From the NCBI RefSeq assembly GCF_009914755.1, contig NC_060927.1: a stretch of DNA of 64,000 nucleotides; one strand, written 5' to 3'. This document shows, in pieces, positions 40,721-55,180 of the stretch (positions are counted from its first letter, which is position 1; each line of letters starts with the position of its first letter). The stretch is from the human T2T-CHM13v2.0 reference genome, Homo sapiens. The notes below the pieces were generated by a model, which was given only the letters and a program-made list of their open reading frames with translations, was not told the DNA's origin and did no database searches. Position numbers and translations under genes: made by a program.

Positions 40721-43700
40721 GCTCTTGTGGTGAGTATTTGAAACGTACCTGAAGGTATTGGCTGGACTGCTTAAATTCCTGTCAGTTTCAGGAATATGGG
40801 TGGGACTAATGGAGATTGGTGGCTTGGGACTAATGCTTCAGGTGGCTAGGGTACAAACCCTGGTACCTGGCGTCATAGACAGAACATCTAAGCATACTCT
40901 GGGGGGGTCAAGAAGCAACACAGAACACATTTACTGTACTTTAATTTTAGGTTTTTAAAAACAATTTTATTTTGTTTTGGGAATGATCATATGAAGGAGA
41001 AATCTGAGAGACAGAGAAAAACATAGTATATGTATTCTCCCCTGTTAAGTATAATTTAAATTTGAAAAAAAAGAGGGATTTACATTGAAGTTCTTTAGTA
41101 AGAAGGAAGAAAAATAGGAGTAATTAAAACAACTTATGGCAGAGATGATATGCACACCTGGATTTTTTTCTACCTCTATATTTTTATAAAACGTCAATGG
41201 AGTTAAAAAAAAACACTGGGGTGATTTGGGGGTAAAAGTAATGGTGATTTCCCTGATTGTTGAAAAATAAAAAATAATCACTTGCAGATGCGCAGAAGAC
41301 ACACAAAAAGAGATATTCTCATTAACTACAGGGACCTTGATGTATTCATACTCTTTACCAGAACTTATTTGCTTGATATTATTTAAATGAAGTTTTCTCA
41401 TTTGTTAAAGATTTTGTGTCAAATTTAAAAGCAATTGTATATGTTTTAGAAAGGTGTAATGAAGGATTCTGTGTGCTAATAATGTTGTGGTACTTGATTA
41501 CAAGTATATTCACTCAGTTTACAAAATTTGCCAAGGTATATAAATAGGTTTCTGAGTGTTTTGGTATGTATTTTATGTCAATAAATTGTTTAATTAAAAA
41601 ACTTATCCATTTCAAACATATCTAATATGCTTATTTTTTATACTTTTTAAAATAACAGATTATGCAATGGAATAATTTTATTAGAAATACTATATACTAT
41701 TATTCATTTTTATCTGTTCTATTTGCATATGTTTTCAGGTAGTCACATAAAAATTGCATTACATTGAGAAAACTTGCTTAAAAATACAGAATGTGCTCTT
41801 TGTGTGTGAAATGATTTAAGGTTTTCCAAACCGTGTTCAGAGATTCCATTTATGCACTCAAATTGCAAACTGAAACTTAGAAAAATGCTTCCCTGAGGTG
41901 AAGTTAACTTGCCCAGGACACAAGACGTTTTTTAGGATGCCAGTTTGCCCACTGTATGGCCCAAGTGTTTATTCAGCTGAGGCTTGGATGAAAGCCACCA
42001 CATCAATGTCACAGTCTCTCAGCACATGTGAGGAAAATACATGTGATACATAGCAAATTAAGTGTCATGCTCTGAGAAGGGCAGAATGGGATTGATTTGC
42101 CACTTTTAGCAATGCTCTTTTACTGTCAGCTGTGGCTTTCAGAAAAGCATTAAAGATTCTTGTCACAGATGTTTCTTTCATAAAACTGTTGTAGGAGAAT
42201 GGCATTCTGCAAAAATGGTTTACTACTCTTCTTTCTTCTCTTGGGGAAACAAAGTACGCTCACGATCATAGCCAAATGGACGCAAGGAATGCTCTCCATT
42301 TATGCCACAAAAGCATTAAGGATCATGACATTTACAAAGTTCATTTTAGAACTTTGTTGGCAAATGTAGTATATTGAGGTATTTATTCAACATATGTGCC
42401 ATTGACGAGGTTTTATAAGACCTGTTATAGGAGATAGTAGAACCAGCCTATATTTAAAACTGAAATTTAAAAATATGCATATGAATTTAATTTAATGGTT
42501 CACAATTGTAATTAATCATTTTAGCATACTGTATTCCATGCAAATGAACAAATAATGAGAAGTTAAAAATTCTTTCTAGATCAGCCATTTTTGTTTATGA
42601 GATATTGAAGTTTATGAACAACAATGATATTTCTTTGAAAAAATGCTTGATAGAATTACATTATTGTAGTTTTAATATTAAGGGACAAGAATTGCTTATC
42701 CACTGAGAATTTTTTATTTATCACTTCTATTTGGCAGATAAAATCACTTCTATTCACAAATTCACTGAGAATTTGTGAATAAATGTAAGCATTCTGTACC
42801 TACGTATTTTCCTGCTGAACAAACATACGGTTACTATAGCAACTGCAACATCACATGGGCTCTAAGAGATAGAAAGTATATTTTACAAAATGCATGTTTT
42901 CCAAGTGTCATATTAATTTTTCTACTTTATACTATGTAGGAGTCAGAATACTTTTTTCTGTTGCTAGGCAGATATCCAATGTTTATTCATTAAAGGTTAC
43001 TTTTACCCACTGAATGTTCAAATTTGCCTACAGAAGTTTTTCTGTTTTCTGAATGCAAGTGCCTACATAGGGGTACATAAAATGTCATCTGCCAACTTAG
43101 GTTGAAAGTTAAAATATGGCAATTGCCTATTTTTAAAATGAGTTGGCTATTTAAAAAATGTATATGAAAACATAATGGGCCGTGTTGTTTTGAAGAGAAA
43201 AAAAAAACCACAACACTATGTTGGGGCAGGTCATGCCTGCTGATTGAAACACTTTAGCCCTCTTCCACTAGGCTGCAAATAAAGTCTTAAATGTTTATTT
43301 TCGAAGACTTCCATCCTCTTTGCTTTAATTTTTTAAAATTAATTGAGTGTAAATGAATGAAAAACAGATGGTGAAATTTTATTTTTGATGCAGATGATTT
43401 AAAAAGTTATATCTTTCTATATTGGTTTAAAAACACACACACAAACACCTAGTAATTTGTTCATTCTAAGGTCTCGCCTAAATCCTGTATGAGGCAAAAG
43501 CATGTCATGGAGTTTTCTGTATAACTATATGCTAATAGTATGTTTCACAGTATCAGTTCTTAAGCATTTTGGAGTCTGCATCTGCAGGGGTAGAAGGGTT
43601 AAGAGTAATTTTCCCCAAATCATTTTCTGCAAACTGCTACTTTTGTGAAATAGGTTGAGCTCTATGGAAGTTTTTGCTAGATAACAGGCTCACTGCACTA

Positions 43701-43953
43701 GTGTGGAAGTAGCTTCAAAACCCTTTTTCTTTTCATGTCTTTACTTTGTGAATTCTAGATTCACATGGTTTAAGATCGTGGTTTTAAAACTGAAGGTCAC
43801 TGAGGAGAGGCTGAGAGAAGTGTTTGGTTTGGTTCTTCTCTCTTCCAAGCTTTAAAAAATACAGTAATATTTTACTCAATGGAGATTCGAACTGGACTTG
43901 TTGGAGACACAGAAGGCTTCTTGGGGGAAGGCAATGCCTGCAACTTGAAATAA

Positions 43954-44250
<297 letters not shown>

Positions 44251-44697
44251 ATGCGTGCTATTTTTTAGTGGAAAGTGTCTCAAGAAATTGGAAAAAATTC
44301 AAAAAATTCAAAAATAAAAAAGCTTGGGTGGCTATAAAATATCTGTTGAATTTCATTTGTGTGCTTGTTGACACATAACCCTAAACTGTAAAACTTTAGT
44401 TTACAAGATTGTTTCCAGTTCTGCACCAACAATGATGCACAACAGATAACTTGCTTTCTGGAGTAGTAACACCCATATCATAACTATCTTCTTCCCTAGT
44501 ACCAAAAAGGGACTTGTTTTATTTGGTAGTATCGGTACCTGACCTCTTGGCTTAGAGATTGCTTGATTGTTGTAAGAATCTACTTTCTTCTACCCACCTT
44601 AAAGAAAAAACAAATTAACACAATACATTCATGTTTAAATCCTCTTCCTTTATTTTTTATTAAATAGCTTTGGCTATTTGTAATAAACCTTGGGTAT

Positions 44698-44951
44698 GAT
44701 TTTCACTTGAAATAGTGATAAAATAGTAAGAAATTTGCACAAGCTCACTCTTCCCTCACACATCATGCCATCAAGTTGATCAAAATTGGGTTGAATTGAT
44801 CAGGCAGCTTTGAATATCTGTGATAGATCTTATGTATAATTTCCATTTCAAAAAGCGATAAAATAACAAGAACTGTGCACAAGCCTTTTCTCCCTCACCA
44901 TGTGGCATACACAACGTTGATAAAAATTTTATTGAATTAGCCAGACAAGCT
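44698..44951. repeat. Old degenerate tandem duplication, period 140 bp
   Basis: Shared blocks 'gataaaata' (44717/44857), 'tgcacaagc', 'tccctcac', 'gttgat.aaaatt' and 'ttgaatt' in the same order. Confidence 0.8.
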
Positions 44952-45057
44952 GGTTTGGGGATTCTCAGGTTTTAAAAGTCTAATCTTAATTTTCTCAAAG
45001 CCTTGGTCACAATTATTTTTTCTTGCTCTCTCTTCTCCCTCTCTCTGAGAGAAAAAC

Positions 45058-45105
45058 TGTGTGTGTGTGTATCTGTGTGTGTCTGTGTCTGTGTCTGTGT
45101 ATGTG
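45058..45105. repeat. Compound (TG)n/(TCTGTG)n microsatellite
   Basis: Read directly. Confidence 0.85.
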
Positions 45106-46489
45106 CACGCATGTTAACAGCAAAGCTAATGAATGATGTCAAGGTGTGTGCTGGTTGCAAGGGTACCAAACAAAAGGGGGAAATGACCCTGATCTGATGC
45201 TGAGCTTACTACTTCACTGCTGGAAGTTCCTCAGACCAAGAGTGGATGGCGGTGCCATAGCAGCCACATGGTAGTCACGTGAAAGACTAAGCGTATGGAT
45301 CTTCAAGACTGCTTGTTCTTGACAGTTTTTTTTTTCTAAATGCTTTGCCTAGAGGTTAAGATAATGACTCCAACATAATGGTGGTGCTATGTTTTGGTGC
45401 ATATCTTTGTAATTTAGTTCTTCCTTAAACAGATGGAGAAAACGCAGAAATGGACTGATAAAAAGGCCATGCTTGCTCTTTTCGGTATAAAAATCATTAA
45501 TTAAATAACTACTTAATAATGAGTGGTTGATTGTAAGAAAATACGAGATGAAGAAATAAGAAACCCAGACACCATTAACTTTTTTTTCTTTTGAATCCCA
45601 CCTGGGATGGCAAATGTACTCAAAGCTAGAGCCAGCTCATGTCACTACTCTTTATGGTGGTTCTCCAGGATTTTCTCTGTGATAGGTAAAAGGACTTGTT
45701 AACTCTCAATGATCTCATTAAAAACCTGCCTCATCTTTTGTTTTGCCCTATACTTACTGTGATGAGGCAGTCATTGCTTGTCTTTCTTGGTTTGAGGCCA
45801 ACGCTGCTACTCCTAAACTACAAACGAAAAAGAAGACTGCTCATGCCACCAGCATCTCTACAGTCAGGACTTTTTCCTTTATTAAAAATTATATCTGCTC
45901 CTCTCTACCTTTATTAACTCAACAGCTTAAGTCAATTAATATGCAATGAGGATTGGACCTAGATTGACTACCAGGCAGTTTTCATCCCCCTCTCCCAAAT
46001 TTCATGCATACCTTTCGCACTATTTCTCCTTCCCCTCTTCACATCCTTCTTCCAACACTTATGTCCTGGATTCTCAAGAGTCCAGTTTTGAAAAAAAGTT
46101 TTGTATATTTAGAAGAGTTGGTTAACTGTTTTAAGAAGTGACTTTCCAGCATATACTTACCTTTTTAAAATGTATACAGATTTTTTCCGTTAACCTGAGC
46201 CCATATTAATCACTACTCTACATTTCTGAATTCAATTCATATTGAAAATTTTCCCTTAGAAACAGAGAATTCGAAAATTTTCAAGTGACAAGACGGAAAA
46301 TTTACTTTAAAATTCTTTCAAGGTTTTTATGAATTATTTTAAATATTTTCTCACCAATTCTATTTTAAGCTGTTGAGAACATAAATGGTCTTAGTCTGCC
46401 AACAGTAGACTGCAACTTAGTTTGCAAATTAAAAGACTTCTTCCAAATTAAATATTTTAAGTGTGTTTATAAAATATGACACAATGAAT

Positions 46490-46900
46490 ATAGGCTTGTT
46501 GTAAAATTGTCAAACAATACACAAATATTAAAGTAAAAATAAGTCACGTTTTACCATCTGTCTCAATCCTAATCTCCTCCCCACAGAAAAGCAATGTGAT
46601 AACAGATTGGTAAGTGTCCTACAGGCCTTTTCTGTGCATATGTACACAAACAAATAGTTCTGTAAAAGATGCATATTTTTCTATGTCTTGGAGATCTTCC
46701 CATGTCAGTACATAGACTGATCTCATTCTTTTTAACATGCATACAACACAATAATGTAACTATTTTTAATGTTAAACACTTGTTTTAAAAAACTATACAT
46801 TTAAAAATAATATTATAAAAATGCCATATTTTTGTCCATATATGAAGATTTTTTGTAGCAAACTTTCTTAGGAGTTGAAATGCAAGTGCAGTTTTAAAAA
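46490..46900 (-). mobile_element. L1ME-like 3' remnant
   Basis: 'atgtcttggagatcttcccatgtcagtacatagac..ctcattcttttt'. Confidence 0.6.
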
Positions 46901-48028
46901 ATAGCAAGTAATGTAGTTTTATAATGATTCTTATATTTATAGTGGGCTCAGAGGCTCTGATTAGAATTTTAATATGCTGTATTCAGCCATTGGATTTTAA
47001 GAGAGATATAAGGACATTTAAGAAAGTGGTTAAGGGAAGATGACATCAGTAATTAAATAAATACAGAATATGATTTCTTGGGATAAATTGGGAGTAAGGG
47101 CAGTGTAGCCACAGAAGAGAAGGCTGTTCAGGGTGCTGCCCAGTTGTTATTCACTTTTGCAGAGATTCTGTTGTAACTTTACATTCTAGCAACTGAATTC
47201 AGCCAAAACACATATTGTGAAGACCTCATAGTTATACATTTCCTTATACACTAGGATTAAGTATAAATGGAAGTTATACAACCTCTGATCCTGGGAGATT
47301 GAAAATTGAGTACACATCTGCATTTCCTACATTTTTTTATTGAAAATCCTTCATAATTAATGCTAGGAAGAGAACCTTCAGGTTTTTTTCCATTTGTATT
47401 ACCATTGCGTAATTGGTTAAATAACTGTGCTAATCTTGAACATAAATCTCACTCCTATAGGAGTTTACAAATAAAAATATGACTTGTTATTCTCTTCCAA
47501 AACCATGGATAGTAATCCTCTGAACTCCTTTGACTCTGGTTTGTCCCCCACACACGACGTTTAACACAAATCGCCTTGTCTGGAATGTATTTGGTCACTG
47601 TTTCATTTCCCATAAGACATTTTAGGTTTCTTGGTGGTAGAGAGAATGTTTTGTTTATTTTTGTGTCTTGTGTCTTGTCCAACATTCAGCACAGTTTCTT
47701 ATGCACAAACAATGTTCAATAAATATTCCAACGAATAATGAGTATATAAAAGGCATGTTTACTACTGAGCACAAAGTCGTTCAGAAAACCTCACGCTGCT
47801 ATGAGAAATGTAGTTTAAGGAATGGCCTGAATGACAAGGAATCTGAAGAGGAAAGGCAATATCTTTCTATGAAAATAATTTTTAGTGTGAGAAGAGAAAT
47901 TGATGTAAAATCACAAAGAACATTAAAAACAATCTTCTGAAATACTATTGATTCTATATACGTAATATATATTTGTTATAGAATGTTATGGTCAAAATTC
48001 TGTAGTTCTATTAGACTATACTTTGTAA

Positions 48029-48286
<258 letters not shown>

Positions 48287-50519
48287 TAGTGTACTTTGAA
48301 GCTGAATGAAAGCATTAGCACAGGGGGATGATATAACATAGAGACCGCCCCTTACATTATCTAACAGGTGCCACCAAAAGTAAAATAGTAGCATCAGTAT
48401 TAGCAGAATACAGTAGGAATGTAGAGACAGGAATAGCATTCAATGAACATTTATTGTAACACATTGTTTCTCCTCTTATGGTATGTTACTACTAAGAATT
48501 ATTGGGCTAATTCAAGACAGCTGTACTTTGAAAGGGTTTTGAAGATATTGCAGCATTTTGTAGGATACTATTCAAAGGTCTTAAAGGTAAAGTGTTCTCT
48601 TCTACTTGCCTCCAAAGTGAGGTAAATATTATTTTGACAGGCCCCAAGGAAATAATTGATTAAAGAAATCTTGTGATGTTTAAAAAATATAATAATGTGA
48701 TTTAAAAACATTCCAAATAAGGACTACTACTCTTTCAATAGCAGACACAGTCTGATTGTAATTTGCTTGTTGGGTGTGACTTAGTCTAGGTCCACATTTG
48801 CTGTTATTCCTCATGTTCTTTGATAAATTAAACAGGGATAATTTTTAATAGTAAAAATTTATATACCAGGATGCCTGTCAGAGAGGGGGGCAAGGGCAGG
48901 AGTGCTGACTGTCAGACAAATCTGTGTAGTCAGTTACTGGGAAAATGTTAAGGGGAATTATGCCTGTAGTGTACCATCTTGGTGCATCTACAGACTTCTC
49001 TAGAAATGGATGATGCAGAAAAGGTGGGATTTCAAGGAACCTCACTGGTCTTTTTACTCTGTGACTTTTATAGAATTATGGTCCCGGAAGAGACTGGCGA
49101 CTGAGATTAGCCAGATTAGTTTTCAAATCTGATTGGTGAATTGTTACAAATTTGTTGGAAATTCTTGATACAGATGACAAAAGGAATTGATTAGCTATCA
49201 GGCATTAAATTCTGAGAGGAGCCTTATGTTTTTTATTTCCTCATATATCCACAGTGTTAATATTTTTGCTTTTGGTATACCCATGTGAAGATAGAGTATA
49301 TTATCAAAATACAGAAACAGTTATTCTTAAACCACAGCTGTAGTAACATAAGTCCTACTGAAAGCAACCATTTGTCATTATCTAGGGGCAGGACAATTTT
49401 TGAAAATCTGAATGAGTATCCATAATAAAATATTTAATTAAACAAATTTCTTAGCGAGAGAAACCAGATGTTATGATTTAAAACGGATAAGAGTAAAGTT
49501 ATTCTCTGACTAGCATAGACTTTCTTTTGGTTATTCTTGAAAAATGCAATAAAATTACATTTGATGTACAAATAGTTTTGAGAAGATTTAAAATCAGAAA
49601 TGAAGAATATAAATAACATTAAACTTTTTTACTAATCTGGTTTTCAGTCCAGAGATAGTAGAGGTGTAAGCCGTTCCATGTTAGGTGAAAGTGTTTTCCA
49701 GTGTGCTATTTTTCTATTTAATATAAGCTATCCAACACATATTTTTGGATATGGGAGAAGCGGAGTACATAGATAATAATTGTAGTCTTTGTAATCTTTG
49801 TTTCTTTTCAAGGGAAAGGTCCACATCACATTCAACAAAAGCTTTCTGCTTAGCCAAAATTTGGTCAGATTTTGGTGGACAAGATTTTCCTGGAGTGGGA
49901 CTATTAGCACTCAAATTATAGTAATTTATTAGAATTTGATTCTATGAGACACATATGACTGTTTCCCAATGCTACATTTATTTCCATCATCTTGTTATTT
50001 GCCAATTATGAATCATTTAAGTTTACAAAACATAAATAGAATTCTGCCTAGAAATAGTTGGATGGCTACATCAAATGGTTCTGTATTTTTAGAATCATTG
50101 TGACATGACTTTGGAAGACAATTTTCTTGCCTTACTCTGGGTAACTGGACTAATGCTCACTGAAAGAACAAACCATGATATTTACATAATATAACAATAT
50201 ATTCATTATGCAAAGGGAACTAGTAGAAATGTCAATGGTAAAACTATCTTCTGCTATTTTTCAGTGACATTCAAAATAATGAACTTTGGCTTTTTCTTAC
50301 AGTACAAACTTTTCACTCTGAATTAGGAGAAATTCAAATTGTTTATTTTTTTCCCTCCAAATATATAGGTAAATAAATATATCATATCTATTTAAGCTAT
50401 CAATGAAATTTGCAGGAATCTCACTTAAAAGGCCAGGTTTTGGTTATTTTCTTGTTTATCCATTCACATTTGACTTGTTCCCATTTTTCCCTATTATGAA
50501 TAATGTTACTTTTAATATT

Positions 50520-50635
50520 AGATTGTGATGATGGTTGTAGAACTCTGTACATTGACTAAGTAACATTGGATTGCACACTTAAAATGGATAAATTTAATGG
50601 CATGTAAATAAAAGATCAATGAAGCTTTTCAAAAA
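50520..50635 (+). mobile_element. Short L1MB/MC 3' terminus
   Basis: 'gattgtgatgatggttgt..ttgcacacttaaaatggataaattt..gcatgtaaat'. Confidence 0.65.
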
Positions 50636-53072
50636 ATGTCCAGTTTTAACTATAGCTAAATTATACAGCTCTAGCTGAGAACTTACGGGATGTTAAGAAG
50701 GCTCTTTTGCCCCCAGAACAGTGTATCTTGCTCATTTAGCTTTATCAGTATCTGACATTTCACCACCAGAGACTTATTATTTGGGTTATGAACTTGACCG
50801 TACTTAAAATGCCACTGGGAGGAATAACATATGAAGGCTGATCACTTTGTTGTGGGAGGCACAAATTAATGATTTGTCAATGAATTAAAAATATATAGTT
50901 GCGTGTAGTTCAGGAAATACCTTTGCAGGGTGTTGATTGGAATTAAACATAAGATGAAATAAAGTGCTGCTGGGGGGATTTCTCAGAAAGAGAAGATGTA
51001 GATTGCCTGTCACTGAGGAGGTCCTGAGAAAGCAGAAAGACAGTAGAAGCCCTGGGAAGGGTGCATTAAGCTTGTGGAGAAAAGATTCAAGAATGATGGT
51101 GATAGCTTAATATACAAGTATTTACCAAAGTGCTTATATACAGGTATTACAGTGCTTACATATATAGGTGCTTATTAAAAATATAAAAGTCTCACAATGA
51201 AGCACTTGGTGTTGTCAGCCTAGTGGTGGATGGTCAGCACCAAAGAGATGCAAACTGCTTAGAGTAGCATTGTGGTGAAAGCTAGCTCTTGGGTAATCTT
51301 AGAAAAAGAGGGTATGGAATGTCTCAATGAAAGAACATCTTGGTTCATTTTAAAGTTTTATGCTGCATGCCTGAATTCCTAAGGCTTTCCTTTGATTGGG
51401 GATGGGATTAATACTCCAAAAAAGTAATTATTGTAACTGTGTAATGAATTATGTTCCAAATAATAGTGTTTCTGATCCTATCTGGCAGTGCTTATTGTAT
51501 TTTTGCTTTGTTTTGTTTTGTTTTTGCTTTGCCAAAATTTCAGCTTAGGCCAATTTTTTACTGATGAAGTTACCTTCTCATGGCTACCTGTTTTGTAATA
51601 GACTATTTGCTCGCAGCAGAAAGACAGTGATCTCTAAATACCGAGCTGCAAGCCTGAAGGCACTAGGAAACGGTTTCTCATCTTTTATATTCAATATCTC
51701 TGGATTTTGGTGAATAATTCTAAAACATGCATGAGAGATTGTGGTGAGTTTTTAAAAAATCACTTTTATACAAGTTTCCTCATTATTATTTCATTGGAGC
51801 TAAATGAGGATAGGGCCAGTCAATGAGTTATTCATCTAATGCAGGGAAGCAATTTCACTCGACTCCCTGGACTCCTGCAGAGTTCCAGAGATTTTTACCA
51901 AAATATTTTTGTAGATTTCTATTTTTTTAAGTTAAAAATATGGAAGACCTAAATGAAATGGATAGGTCTCTTTCAAGAGTCAAAAATGAAATTCAGTTTT
52001 ATCGCTCAGCATGCAACATTTTCCTCTGTGTTTCAAATTATATTGTGAAAGTAGATCTCCATGTCTTTTTAATACAGAAAATTAGTGTTGTACATTGAAA
52101 AAGATCATACAGTAGAAGAGTTCAACCTTCTGTTATTATGTTTTAATATTTAAAAAATCGGAGTTCTATTAGTAATACCTTTTGCATTTATTTTATAAAG
52201 AAAGCAACATTTAAGCAAATTTTTCTCATTGACTATGCAGGAAGAATATATGCACATAGGAGAAATTATATAACAGCCTTTTTGGTCTCATGAAACTAAA
52301 TAACTTTTTGCAAAAAAGTCTTTCCAGACAACTCTAAAGGCTAAGTGTGGCTTACGAAAATATTTATACAGGGCCTGATAGGAACCCTATTGGAAACAGT
52401 GGCATGCCAGGACGAAGTCTCATAAAGATACCAATTTTCTTTAAAGAAAATTTCCAGTAAAACACAAATCATTGTATTTTATATATAACAAATTAAAAGG
52501 TTTTTATCTTTTTGCATTTGATGGTAGATTATATTCAATAAATATATTTATGTCAGTTTGTTGGTGCTAGAACATTTAATCAGTTGTTATGTATCTAGAA
52601 GGTGCTTTCAAGTCCACATTACCAAAATCTACCAATAGAAAGACTATTAGACAAGTATGATACCTGTAATTATAATTTTTAAAATGAAACTGACTTTCAA
52701 TAATTTTGAAAGGCAAAAGCAGTTCAGGTGTCAGTTCAGGAAAATGAAAGGCTAAAGCAGTAGGGTTTTTATATAAATAATTTTACTAATAGCTAACATT
52801 ATTGAACCTTTGTTATATGGTAGGCACTGTGGTAAATATTTTGTATTTATTTTCACAAGGAATCCTAACATCGACTTTGTGATAGCTAAAACTTTAAGAG
52901 GAGCACCTCATTTTTTTAGAGATGGGGCAATAAACAAAGAAGATTCTCCAAAACACACAGTGTGGCAGACACTGAGATTTTTTTTTGCCTACCCAATATT
53001 TATTTCTGCCACCAGAACCCCTAGTGCAGTGATGTACACAGCTGCATGTGATGGATCATTATTGGTCTAAAC

Positions 53073-53299
53073 TATGGTCACAAAACTTTCTATAATAGAT
53101 AAGATAGTAAATATTTTAGGTTTTGTAGGCCAGGAGGTTTATCATGGAGTTACTCACTTTTGCTGATTTAGCATCAAAAAATTCATAGATAAAAAATTTT
53201 TTAAAACAATATGTGTGGTTGTGTTCAAATAAAACTTTATTTACAAAAAACAGAGAACAGGCAGCATTTTGCCCATGGGATGTAATTTGCTAACTCCTG
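53073..53299. mobile_element. MER58A (hAT-Charlie MITE)
   Basis: 'agatagtaaatattttaggttttgtaggcca' and 'aataaaactttatttacaaaaa'. 8-bp TSD gtctaaac (53065-72) / gtctaaag (53300-07). Confidence 0.88.
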
Positions 53300-53307
53300 G
53301 TCTAAAG

Positions 53308-54030
<723 letters not shown>

Positions 54031-54268
54031 TTTCTCCAGAAATTTAAATATAAGTGCATAATCTTAAAGGGCTAAATTATTTACCGTAATTTTGAATAAT
54101 GCCATTTTCGTATTAAAAAATATAATTATCTACATTCAGAGCACATTTGAACCTACAATGTCTAATTTTAGAAATAGTGAATTTATCCTTTAGTATGAAT
54201 TACTTTTTTATAGACCTCAACATTTTCTGGGAAGTCGTTTAAGTCTCTTTTCTCATGTTTTCCCTTAC

Positions 54269-54438
54269 TAGTGATTCTCAAACTTAAGAAAGTATGGAAA
54301 ATATTAAAAGCTTGTTATACCTTCAAATCCCTAAATCCCATTGCAAAATTTTCTGATATAGCAGGGTTGTAAATAAGTTTACATTTCAACTAATTACTCC
54401 AGGTGAATATAACACAGATCACCTTGAAAAAAACACTG
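54269..54438. mobile_element. MER5A-like MITE
   Basis: Ends 'tagtgattctcaaactt' and 'ttgaaaaaaacactg'. Internal 'ctccaggtga'. Confidence 0.6.
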
Positions 54439-54904
54439 CTCCAGAGTCTAGACTAATTTGACTGGGTAACCAGGGACAGAGTGGTGGTAACTTTTATGAA
54501 TTGATATGTAACAGAAATCATTTCTATAAGACTGTTCTCTTATTTCCTGCCAACAACCAATTATTTATCTTACAGTACTAGCTAATAAATGAAATTTCTG
54601 TTTTGTTGACTGGTAATTTGATTCAGTGGGATGTGTGATTCTGTTTCGTTTTTGGCTGAATAGTATTGAGTGACACCCAGTAGATTAGTCAAAGGACAGC
54701 CATGGATAGGTGCAAGCATATGGGTATGTGTTCCTGGCTTTGGTCAGGAAGGCTGTATGGGTGGTACCCAGTACTTTGAAAATATAGGTGCACAATAAGT
54801 ATTTGTTGAACAAATTGTAGCTTTTGGTGATAAAATTTCCTGAAATACAGATTTTACCAGCATTTGCTTCTAAATTTGTTGTGGTTGTAAGAAGAAAAAC
54901 ATTT

Positions 54905-55180
54905 AGCATGAATAGCACTCTATGAGATACAGGCATACACTGAGGTGCTCATGAGACACAGGAGCCTTCAAAATTTGACTGGAGCCAGAAGTTCTAGGTT
55001 CAAATTTTGGCTCTACCACTGAATGGCCTTGAATAAGTTAATCAACTTCTCTGTATCCCATTTTTTTTTAACCTGTAAAATGAGAATGCTTCTCATTTTC
55101 TTCACAGGGCTGTTGTGAGGATTAAATGAATTAATATGTTTAAAACAGTTAAAATAATGTATAATATACTCTTATTACAT
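54905..55180 (+). mobile_element. MIR carrying a ~56-bp insertion
   Basis: 'ggagccagaagttctaggttcaaattttggctctaccact..cctgtaaaatgag..ggctgttgtgaggattaaatga'. Confidence 0.8.

Noticed and set aside
45230-45260. Possible CTCF site
   Set aside because: Lacks the conserved CC..AG core, so the match is too weak.
51031-51630. 14-bp direct repeat 'agcagaaagacagt'
   Set aside because: Several 14-mer matches are expected by chance in 64 kb, and there is no extension.
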